Source: Bdellovibrionales bacterium (GTDB lineage: Bacteria > Bdellovibrionota > Bdellovibrionia > Bdellovibrionales > UBA1609). From it: a stretch of DNA of 64,000 nucleotides. The stretch's first letter is position 1. Each line of letters opens with the position of its first letter. Positions 9,454 through 17,304 of this stretch are shown one piece after another. Location of the stretch: positions 1,532 to 65,531 of the forward strand of contig JALZUR010000020.1 in assembly GCA_023301025.1 (NCBI GenBank), given 5' to 3'. The position numbers and the translations under genes were made by a program. The notes under the pieces were generated by a model that saw only the letters and a program-made list of their open reading frames with translations, had not been told where the DNA came from and ran no database searches.

Positions 9454-10458
9454 ATGAAAACTACCATTTTAAATAATTTAGATTTTAGCATTTATTCAGC
9501 TTTTGTATTTACTTTTGCACTCTCATTTGCACCAACTTATTCATTCGCTGGTGAAAACTGTACACTTCGCTCTAATGGTCTTTCTCACTTTAGTGAAATA
9601 AGTGCAGGCTTAAAAAAAGCTGCATGGTACTCAGATCGTGACAACTCTATGACTTCTATTCCTAGTGATGAGGGTGTTGGGGCTGCACAAATTATTTTTG
9701 CTGACTCTGGTGGCACATCTCAAGGTGTACAAGTTGCTCCAGGTTGTTTCTTAATCCCTGCTCATCGTGGAAATGATAAACGTGTAGAAAATATAAATGA
9801 TGACTCTTCTTTCGCTGCAATAATTCATTACCCTATGGATCCTAAAAACATGATGAAACTAAAATCTTCTGATAAAATGGTTTCGCCTTGGTTTAACTCT
9901 ACTGATAGAAAAGCTACTGGCGATTATGTTCTAGTGAAAGTAGACTCTCCACTAAACCCAAATGATTACATTAAACCCATCCAAGCTAGTGATGAAAGAC
10001 TTGTATCTGCTGATATAAATGGTGAACTTTCTGTTCACCTTTACAGAGGTAAAACAGTTTTTAAAACAGATAAAAATGGTGTCCCTGATTTTATTGATGA
10101 AAATGCTGTTTATGGTAAAGGTCTTGAGGAGTATGCTAAAATTTATCAATCACCTCAAAGAGTAAATACACCATGCCAAATTGGATTTGGTTTTAATGAT
10201 GTTTTAGGTCATGACTGCCCTACAGAAAAATCAGTTTCTGGAAGTCCTTATGTTAGTAATATTAATGGAAAGGATTATTTAATTGGGATGCATATTCAAG
10301 GTGCTCCAAAACTCAGAGATAACTTTATTACAGAGCGTGGTGGAAATCTCTTAATTCAATCTAAACACTTTTGCAAAGACTATAAAAATGTCTGTGGTAT
10401 GGAGTGTGCTAAACTTAGCGATGTACTTCCAGAAAAAAGTGCTGCTCTAAGCATTTAA
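9454..10458 (+). CDS. Secreted trypsin-like (V8-type) serine protease
   Basis: Signal peptide; triad-like motifs IPAH, GDYVLVK and divergent SVSGSP; several Cys. ATG at 9454 is preferred over the track TTG at 9448. Confidence 0.65.
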   Translation: MKTTILNNLDFSIYSAFVFTFALSFAPTYSFAGENCTLRSNGLSHFSEISAGLKKAAWYSDRDNSMTSIPSDEGVGAAQIIFADSGGTSQGVQVAPGCFLIPAHRGNDKRVENINDDSSFAAIIHYPMDPKNMMKLKSSDKMVSPWFNSTDRKATGDYVLVKVDSPLNPNDYIKPIQASDERLVSADINGELSVHLYRGKTVFKTDKNGVPDFIDENAVYGKGLEEYAKIYQSPQRVNTPCQIGFGFNDVLGHDCPTEKSVSGSPYVSNINGKDYLIGMHIQGAPKLRDNFITERGGNLLIQSKHFCKDYKNVCGMECAKLSDVLPEKSAALSI

Positions 10459-10525
10459 TTTAAGAGTGTTGCGACATCTTAGCTATTGTTGCACATAGTA
10501 GTCTTTTTTCTCAATATTACTACTA

Positions 10526-10559
10526 AAGTCTTAAAATAAGACTTAACAACTACCGATAA
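10526..10559 (+). promoter_or_regulatory. sigma28-like promoter candidate with overlapping inverted repeat
   Basis: TAAA-N16-ACCGATAA, 6 nt before the GTG at 10566. AAGTCTTA-AAA-TAAGACTT (10526-10544) covers the -35 box. Confidence 0.5.
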
Positions 10560-10565
10560 AACTAT

Positions 10566-12494
10566 GTGTATAAATCTTTATTTTTAGTGCTGATCACTAC
10601 TTTACTGACTTCTAAAGGCTTTTCAAATGATGAATGCGTTGATTTAGTTAATAGAATCCATAACAACGCTATTACTAAATTTGAAAAGTACTGTACAAAT
10701 CAAAAAGTTTTAGACAAAGAAGCAAACGAGTTTGATTGCAACATTGGTGATACAATTTTTAAAGAATACAACACATGTATTGAGTTCATTAACAAAAAAA
10801 ATCAATGTCTTTCGATAAACTTCAATTGGAATCCAATCGAAAGTTTTACAAACCAAAAGCCTTGGGTTGGAAAATGTGAGTCAAAATGTGCTGATGGTAC
10901 CGATTTAAGGTACTTAGGTGGGCGCGAACAAGACTATATATGTATGTGTCCAAAAGGTTTACTTAAAAAAAATATTCTACCTGGAGAAGCTTTTGAGGAT
11001 TGTAATTCTGAGAGTAGTGAAAGTATTCATAACTCTGAAGATACAGGTGGTTACGGTGCAAAAGAAACAATTGACTCTAATCCAATTAAAGAAAAACTAG
11101 AAAAACAACTCGAAGACGAAAGAGAAAAATCTATTCAAACATGCAATGAAAAATTTGAAACGTATCAAAACAGATGCAATGATGTGAAAGTTAATATTTT
11201 AAGTACAAAAACTCTTCCTAACTCATTTTTTTCAAATGCAGAATCATGCACACAACTTAGAAACGATTCAAACATAAGCAAAAATGTTGTAAACAACCAA
11301 CACAGAAACTGCACTAATTTACAAAGAGGACTTGATTCGTTTTGTAAAACAGAAACAGGCTCACTCACTGAAGGCGATGTAACTGTGCTTTCACTTGAAA
11401 TTAATCAAAATAAACATACACTAGATGGCTCAGCTGCAGTACTAGCCCAACTTAAAGCTAAATCAACAGCTGCAAGTATAGATTTAGACAGCGTTAACCA
11501 AAAAGCTCAAAACTGTATTGAAGCTTTCACACAAGATGTAGATACATCTTCTCCTGTTGCATCATCTGCCAAAACATTTGATCCTGATCTTCTTAATGCA
11601 GGTCAAAATTTATTTAATAGTGCAGCATCTTTATCTAGCGGAGGAAGTGGGGAGCTTTCGGGTGGGGGCTCTGGGCGAGTATCAAATTCTAAAGGCTCTA
11701 ACACAGCCTTTAATTCTGGCGAATTAGGTGGCGGGGGAAGCGGCTCTAACACAAGCTTTAGTTCTAGTGAATTAGGTAATGGTGGCGGCGGAGGTTCTAA
11801 CAACACGAGTACCCTTGCTGGACAAGACATAGGCTTTAGCAGTGATGCTTTTGACACTGAAACAGATCAAAGCAGTCTAAATAAGGGCAGTTCACAAAAC
11901 AACACTCAAAGAAACTTAAGCTCGCAAGCTTTGAGCAATGCTCAAAGAGGTGCACAGCAGCAAAACTCAAGACTTTCAGGGCTGTCTGGTGGAGCACTTG
12001 GATTAGGCTCATCATTTGGTGCAGGAGTAGGCTCACAAAACACAGGTGGATTAAAAAAGAATGGAAAACGCCAAACCACTGGAAGCTATGAAAGTTCAGA
12101 TCACAGAAATCTAATTAATGGTTATAAGAAAACAAAAAAACATCTCGGACGGACTCTAACCTATCACCCAGATGATCTTAAAAAACATGGAAGAGAAAAA
12201 CTTTTGAAAATGGCAAAAGAAGCTGAAAAAAGGACTAAAACAGGAGCTCCACTAGTTTTTGATGGAGTAAGCTTTATGCCTGATTTTTTAGAAATGCAGA
12301 AGTCTAAAAAATGGAAATACTATCACGATCGAATGATGAAGCGCTTCTACAAAGTTGACACTGAAAAAGTAAAGAAAAATGCCTTTCATCCTTGTGTACT
12401 TAAACACGAGTGCTACTCAAATGAAGACTACAACATCTTTAGACTGCACCATTTAAGATATCAAAAGTTAGTAGATCAGCTCATTACAGATTAA
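10566..12494 (+). CDS. Secreted Cys-rich protein with Gly/Ser-rich linker and basic C-terminal domain, function unknown
   Basis: Signal peptide, many Cys in the N-terminal half, GGGSG linker, K/R-rich C-terminus ending NIFRLHHLRYQK. Confidence 0.7.
   Translation: MYKSLFLVLITTLLTSKGFSNDECVDLVNRIHNNAITKFEKYCTNQKVLDKEANEFDCNIGDTIFKEYNTCIEFINKKNQCLSINFNWNPIESFTNQKPWVGKCESKCADGTDLRYLGGREQDYICMCPKGLLKKNILPGEAFEDCNSESSESIHNSEDTGGYGAKETIDSNPIKEKLEKQLEDEREKSIQTCNEKFETYQNRCNDVKVNILSTKTLPNSFFSNAESCTQLRNDSNISKNVVNNQHRNCTNLQRGLDSFCKTETGSLTEGDVTVLSLEINQNKHTLDGSAAVLAQLKAKSTAASIDLDSVNQKAQNCIEAFTQDVDTSSPVASSAKTFDPDLLNAGQNLFNSAASLSSGGSGELSGGGSGRVSNSKGSNTAFNSGELGGGGSGSNTSFSSSELGNGGGGGSNNTSTLAGQDIGFSSDAFDTETDQSSLNKGSSQNNTQRNLSSQALSNAQRGAQQQNSRLSGLSGGALGLGSSFGAGVGSQNTGGLKKNGKRQTTGSYESSDHRNLINGYKKTKKHLGRTLTYHPDDLKKHGREKLLKMAKEAEKRTKTGAPLVFDGVSFMPDFLEMQKSKKWKYYHDRMMKRFYKVDTEKVKKNAFHPCVLKHECYSNEDYNIFRLHHLRYQKLVDQLITD
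11694..11801 (+). repeat. 48-51 bp imperfect tandem repeat encoding GSNTxFxSxELGxGGx
   Basis: GGCTCTAACAC..GAATTAGGT units start at 11694 and 11742; a partial third unit starts at 11793. Confidence 0.75.
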
Positions 12495-12657
12495 TCTTAA
12501 AGTACAAAGTATCTGCTCGTTAAAAGATATTTAAATACTCAAATACAAAACAGATGTCTATAGTTAACCAAGATTCACTAAAGTGACATTATTTGTCGCT
12601 TCAATTGAAAGTATACCCTCTGTTTAAACCTCATATCCAACAGCGTTAAACTCAGCA

Positions 12658-12673
12658 TGGCATCTTTGTTGCA
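12658..12673 (+). promoter_or_regulatory. sigma54 (-24/-12) promoter candidate
   Basis: TGGCAT-CTTTG-TTGCA, near consensus with GG-N10-GC spacing. Confidence 0.7.
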
Positions 12674-12694
12674 ATTTTTAAGTTGGAGGATGTT

Positions 12695-12940
12695 ATGTAC
12701 AAATTAATAACAACAATTACAACTTTAATCTTTTTTGTGGCTTTTACAGCTGAGTCAAAAGAATCTGTAGCTTCTAAAAGAGCTGAAGATAAAAAAGCAC
12801 AAAAAGAGCTAACTTATGAAATTGAAACCATCGGACAAACTAAGCTTCAGTATAAAGATCTTAAACAAGAAGATGAACTTGAAGGCGATAGATTTGTTCA
12901 GTCTTGGTATGATGACGTTAGTAAGATTCCAAACGAATAG
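12695..12940 (+). CDS. Small secreted hypothetical protein
   Basis: GGAGG RBS before the ATG at 12695, signal peptide ending AFTA, own terminator downstream. Confidence 0.7.
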   Translation: MYKLITTITTLIFFVAFTAESKESVASKRAEDKKAQKELTYEIETIGQTKLQYKDLKQEDELEGDRFVQSWYDDVSKIPNE

Positions 12941-12950
12941 TTAAAAACAT

Positions 12951-12973
12951 TATCCGTATGGCGGATACTTTTT
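12951..12973 (+). terminator. Intrinsic terminator
   Basis: TATCCGT-ATG-GCGGATA followed by CTTTTT. Confidence 0.6.
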
Positions 12974-12988
12974 AATTTAAAGTTCACT

Positions 12989-13015
12989 TAAATTACATTT
13001 AAGCTAAGCCGAGCT
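12989..13015 (+). promoter_or_regulatory. sigma28-like promoter candidate for the flp cluster
   Basis: TAAA-N15-GCCGAGCT. Confidence 0.45.
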
Positions 13016-13020
13016 TTTGC

Positions 13021-13052
13021 AAAAACCTCTTGTATATCAGGAGGTTTTTTTT
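13021..13052 (+). promoter_or_regulatory. 12-bp hairpin containing the flp Shine-Dalgarno sequence
   Basis: AAAAACCTCTTG-TATAT-CAGGAGGTTTTT, T-run continuing to the ATG at 13053. Confidence 0.65.
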
Positions 13053-13307
13053 ATGAAAAAACAGACAAAAAAACAAAAGGGACAAAGTCTTACAGAGTAC
13101 TTAATACTTGTAGCCTTAGTTGCCGTATCAGCTATTGGAGTAGTGGAACTTTTAGGACAAACCACCAGAACTCAATTTGCAAACATAACAAATGCTCTTC
13201 AAGGAAGTCATGCAAAGCAAATAAAATCAGAAAAAATTAGAGAAACACATCATTCTAAAAAAGATTTAAGCAATTTTATGAGAAATTCATCTGGCAGAAA
13301 TAACTGA
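13053..13307 (+). CDS. flp: Flp/Fap type IVb pilin
   Basis: Basic leader, then G|QSLTEYLILVALVAV (cleavage Gly, E+5, Y+6) and a hydrophobic helix; AGGAGG RBS. Confidence 0.88.
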   Translation: MKKQTKKQKGQSLTEYLILVALVAVSAIGVVELLGQTTRTQFANITNALQGSHAKQIKSEKIRETHHSKKDLSNFMRNSSGRNN

Positions 13308-13339
13308 TGGGATGATCAGTTGATCACTTATATTTTAAA

Positions 13340-13759
13340 ATGACAAAAGAAAACAAATATAAAACACCAAAAGAGAGCGTGACCAGAAAATCATCTCAAT
13401 CAGGACAGGCCTTAATTGAAACAACTGTTATACTGTTATTTTTAGTTCCTTTTGTAATTTTACTTTTTTCAACATCATATTTGATCTACTCATCTGAAAT
13501 TTCATCTTTTAAACTCTACAGAACTCTCATTTGCACAGAAGAGTTAAAAAAAACAGAGTATCAGTGTAAAAAAAAGGTATTAAAAGAGCTTCAGTCTTTT
13601 TTATTCTTTCACGAAGATTTAAAACTTAAGTTACAAACAAATAATGCACTTAAAAGTATTGTTCTAAATTCTAAGTATCAACCTATTAAGTTTTTAAAAC
13701 CGTTAAGCCTAAAATATAGAAAAGAACTTAAAGTCAAAAGTAGTAGTAACCTACCATGA
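13340..13759 (+). CDS. TadE-like pseudopilin
   Basis: G|QALIETTVILLFLVPF prepilin motif plus a TM helix. Confidence 0.7.
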   Translation: MTKENKYKTPKESVTRKSSQSGQALIETTVILLFLVPFVILLFSTSYLIYSSEISSFKLYRTLICTEELKKTEYQCKKKVLKELQSFLFFHEDLKLKLQTNNALKSIVLNSKYQPIKFLKPLSLKYRKELKVKSSSNLP

Positions 13760-14406
13760 TGTTTTTTCTACCTATCACAACACTTTTTATAACAGGATTA
13801 ATGGCAGCACTTGCTTTTATTGGAGTTAGAAAAACTCTTACAAAAGAGCTAAACCTTTGCATAACAAAAGTCACATACATTCAAAGAGAGCACAGGGCCA
13901 CAACTAACAAACTTCTTAGTATGAATAAAACTGCAAAAATTCTAAGAGTTTCAAGAAAAACTGCGAAAGCTGCATATCTTCTAGCTATTCCTGGCCCCCC
14001 GAAAGCTACAGCCTATACAGCTCTTAATGCTGTTAAATACTCACAAAAAGTTTTTAGACTTAGACAAAATTATCTTATTCAAAAGTCACACCTTAAAACT
14101 GTAAAATTTTACAAATCTATGCTTTTGAATGGCTTTATGCAAAAGTCATATAATTTTCCAAACTTAAAAATCAGGAAAACTCATAAAGAATCTGATAGCC
14201 CAGGATATGAACTTATTGATGATTACACGAAAAAGAAAAGTCTTGTTTTTTTTAAATACATAAATCTCTTAGAGTATGTCCCAAAATCTTTAGTACGATT
14301 CTTAAAACAAAAAAATTTTTCACACATACAAAAACTAAATTGTGGTTCAACTCTATTAGAAAAGGATAAAAAGGCATGGAATATAAAGCTAATCATGGGC
14401 AAATAG
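13756..14406 (+). CDS. Basic membrane-anchored protein in the Tad cluster (TadG-like position)
   Basis: ATGA overlap with the previous gene and an N-terminal TM helix. The family call rests on context only. Confidence 0.5.
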   Translation: MMFFLPITTLFITGLMAALAFIGVRKTLTKELNLCITKVTYIQREHRATTNKLLSMNKTAKILRVSRKTAKAAYLLAIPGPPKATAYTALNAVKYSQKVFRLRQNYLIQKSHLKTVKFYKSMLLNGFMQKSYNFPNLKIRKTHKESDSPGYELIDDYTKKKSLVFFKYINLLEYVPKSLVRFLKQKNFSHIQKLNCGSTLLEKDKKAWNIKLIMGK

Positions 14407-14534
14407 CAATTGAAGTCATACTTATTGTATTTGCTTTGGTTTTAATTTTAGTAAATTTTAGTACAGGAAGCAGCAACTACTTAAAGCTTCATAAAAGTGT
14501 AAATCAAGATGAACTTAGAACACTCAGTCTTTAA
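14376..14534 (+). CDS. 52-aa minor pilin-like protein (not in the ORF track)
   Basis: MEYKANHG|QIAIEVILIVFALVLILVNFSTGSSNYLKLHKSVNQDELRTLSL; prepilin G|QxxxE motif plus a TM helix; it fills the gap between flanking genes. Confidence 0.7.
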   Translation: MEYKANHGQIAIEVILIVFALVLILVNFSTGSSNYLKLHKSVNQDELRTLSL

Positions 14535-15036
14535 TAAGTACTTTAATCCAAAGTATGAAAAACAAGTTTTATTTTCACTAGGCCTTCTAAGCTCTTTAAT
14601 GGTTTTAATAGTTTTTTTTCTACTAGATGAAAAACCACTCATTGAAACACAAGTAGAAAGTACAATGAATCTGTCCGTGATGATTCCAGAAGGTCATATT
14701 CTCTACCCTTTTGAGGTAGAAAATTATGAAGGAGTGGATTCTCTTTTAGACACCTATAGTATGGTTAAAGTCTACTCATCAATAGATGGAAGCCTTTTAG
14801 CCAAAAACATAAAAACCTTAAGGGCTCCGAAAGATCCCTCAAAACTAGCTTTTCTTATACCTTTTGAAGTAGCAGATTTTTTTGCAAGACAAGGACAAGT
14901 TTATAGAATCGTTGTTCAAAAGTATGATCCAAATAAAAAAGCTAAAATTGTAAGAAAAAAACCTTTAACACAATCAAAAAAACAAAAGACATCAGTAACT
15001 TTTGGAAGTTTAAAAGATGAAACTAAAGATAATTAA
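14509..15036 (+). CDS. Divergent CpaB/RcpC-like pilus assembly protein
   Basis: N-terminal TM helix. LSVMIPEGHILYPFEV..LLAKNIKTL resembles the RcpC IPxGxRA..V / LLxNVxVL pattern; flp context. Confidence 0.5.
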   Translation: MNLEHSVFNKYFNPKYEKQVLFSLGLLSSLMVLIVFFLLDEKPLIETQVESTMNLSVMIPEGHILYPFEVENYEGVDSLLDTYSMVKVYSSIDGSLLAKNIKTLRAPKDPSKLAFLIPFEVADFFARQGQVYRIVVQKYDPNKKAKIVRKKPLTQSKKQKTSVTFGSLKDETKDN

Positions 15037-16135
15037 TATAAGTTATGATTTTTTAATGAGAACAAAGATTAACTTTATGTTTATCTTACTGATAAGCTTT
15101 TTTAGCATAAATACCTTAGCAAATGGAAAAGTTATAGCCTTAGGATCACAAACTAAAATAAAAGATTTTAAAGACTACCTAATAGATCACCCTGCATACA
15201 TCTCCCTAAGCCAAAAGCTTATCGATCAAAAGATACAGTTTGCAAATGCCCTCATTGAAGACAAATTTAACTTAGCTGTAAAAGGACTTGTTTTAAAAGA
15301 TCTAACCCCCTCAATCTTTATATTCAAAGAAATCACTGATTTTCATAAAAAATCTTACATCTTTTCAAATAAAAATCTTAATATCTACAGTGAATCTTTT
15401 TATAGGCTAGCTAACATTGATCGCACACATTCAGACTACTGGATGAACAAGGGTATTTACTTTAACCCTACATACAAAATATCTGAAGAGATTTTTAATC
15501 CTTATATAATAAAAGAACAAAACTTAGAGAAGACACGTTTACACCCCTATTTTTACAGATTCAGCACTAAGCCAATTACAGCTCGCTGGTCTAGGCTTTT
15601 TATTAACGGCTTTGAGGTTAAAAATGAAACTCTCATACACCCTAGTCAGCGCTATACCTTACTCTACTTTAGAGAGGGAAAAATTCCTTTACAGACCGAA
15701 CATGAAGGTACAGAGTTTCAGAAAATGCAAAAGCCAAAAATGACTTCTATGAATTTTGGAAACTGTCAAAAACCTAAGTTTTTTGAAGATACACTTAGAA
15801 AAAGTGTCGATGCTGTTTTTTACTCTAAAGACTGTATCATCACTAAGAATGATTTTAATAAAAACCTCTTACTATCAAGTGAAGCAGAAGACAGTCTAGA
15901 AATTTTTGACTCTTCTTCAGACTTTTACAAGAGTAAAATAAAAAATATAAACTCTTTTACATCTAAGAATAAACCTCTTAATCTATCAAAGCCTTTAAGT
16001 AAAAAAGCTTTTTTTAAAAGAAAAAAAACCTGGTACATTATTACTGGTGGACTAATTTTAACTTCAGCTGCTCACTTTTTTAAAAATAAATTAAACTCAA
16101 AACCGCAGATAAAACCAGTACATCATGAAAAATAA
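15017..16135 (+). CDS. Hypothetical exported protein with C-terminal membrane anchor
   Basis: Signal-like N-terminus and a KKTWYIITGGLILTSAA C-terminal TM segment. Confidence 0.6.
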   Translation: MKLKIINISYDFLMRTKINFMFILLISFFSINTLANGKVIALGSQTKIKDFKDYLIDHPAYISLSQKLIDQKIQFANALIEDKFNLAVKGLVLKDLTPSIFIFKEITDFHKKSYIFSNKNLNIYSESFYRLANIDRTHSDYWMNKGIYFNPTYKISEEIFNPYIIKEQNLEKTRLHPYFYRFSTKPITARWSRLFINGFEVKNETLIHPSQRYTLLYFREGKIPLQTEHEGTEFQKMQKPKMTSMNFGNCQKPKFFEDTLRKSVDAVFYSKDCIITKNDFNKNLLLSSEAEDSLEIFDSSSDFYKSKIKNINSFTSKNKPLNLSKPLSKKAFFKRKKTWYIITGGLILTSAAHFFKNKLNSKPQIKPVHHEK

Positions 16136-17294
16136 GAAAAATATTTTTGATTTTGACAAAAGCTTTGACAGTCACGTTCATTTTTTTGGAGTGGGCTTGA
16201 GTGCTACAGACTGGATTATAAAATCAAAAACTCTTGCGCTTCCTAAGCATTTAGAAGAAAGAAATTTTATAAAAGGCTTTGGCTTAGATACGAATATTTC
16301 TGAAGAGGCGTTAGAAAGTTTAAAAAAAGAACACCCTAATAAAGAGTTTTGCTTGTCATTTACTGATGGACACAGCTCTTTAGTGTCTAAGAATTTACTA
16401 GAAAAGTACAATTTTATCCCAAATCTAAAAGAATCAAAAGAGCATAAAGATTTTGTAAGTCTTTATGAAACTGAAAGGGATAAGTTTTTAAAGTGTTTGC
16501 CAAAAAGAAGCTATAATGATCTTAAGCTTATGGCTCTTAAAGCTTTTGAGTACTTTGAAGCAAAATCTATAAAAAAAATAAGGCATATGACCTGCACAAA
16601 GATGCAGTGGGATGTTTTAAAAGAACTCTACTCTATAGATAACTATAAACACCCTACTCCAAAACTTGAAATACACTGTTACTTTGCAGATTTTATGGAG
16701 CAAACTTTTGAAGAAGCTTATGAAGCTTACTCTTACGCCTCAAAAAACCCAATTCATACAAAAACACCATTAGTTAAAGCCTCTGGCTTAAAGCTTTTTG
16801 TGGACGGTTCATTTGGGCAAAATACGGCTTATGTCTCTTGTTTTAAAGACTCCACACCTAGACTTAGCTTTGAAGATTTAAAAGAGCGTATGACTAAGAT
16901 ACTTATCAAGAAAAAAATCTCTTTAGCTCTTCACTGTATAGGAGATCTTGCTTTAGAGATGTCTATAAAGATCTACAGTGAACTTTTTGATTTAGACCAA
17001 AACTTAGCTGAACTTCATATTGAGCATGCACCTATTTTTACAAAAGAAAGCCTTAGCATCTTAAACTCTAAAGACCTTAAGATAAATTTTCACTTTCAGC
17101 CATCACACTGGATAGAAGATCAACACTGGTACAGAAAGAATAAGTCTAAACTTAAGGATCACAGCATATACCCTTTTAATGAACTCAACTCTCTTGATTA
17201 CTCTTTTTTCATGGGGAGTGATGCTCCTGTTGAAGAGAGCAGTAATGACAAAACTATTGATGGATTAACTTTTATTTCAAAAGATCAAACTTAA
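16125..17294 (+). CDS. Metal-dependent amidohydrolase (YtcJ/amidohydrolase-3-like), shortened
   Basis: DSHVH, KLFVDGS, HCIGD, HIEH and GSDAP motifs. Confidence 0.8.
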   Translation: MKNKKNIFDFDKSFDSHVHFFGVGLSATDWIIKSKTLALPKHLEERNFIKGFGLDTNISEEALESLKKEHPNKEFCLSFTDGHSSLVSKNLLEKYNFIPNLKESKEHKDFVSLYETERDKFLKCLPKRSYNDLKLMALKAFEYFEAKSIKKIRHMTCTKMQWDVLKELYSIDNYKHPTPKLEIHCYFADFMEQTFEEAYEAYSYASKNPIHTKTPLVKASGLKLFVDGSFGQNTAYVSCFKDSTPRLSFEDLKERMTKILIKKKISLALHCIGDLALEMSIKIYSELFDLDQNLAELHIEHAPIFTKESLSILNSKDLKINFHFQPSHWIEDQHWYRKNKSKLKDHSIYPFNELNSLDYSFFMGSDAPVEESSNDKTIDGLTFISKDQT

Positions 17295-17304
17295 AAAATA
17301 AAAT

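Noticed and set aside
13005-13021. sigma54 promoter before flp (AAGCCGAGCTTTTGCA)
   Set aside because: The invariant GG at -24 is AG; the sigma28-like reading fits better.
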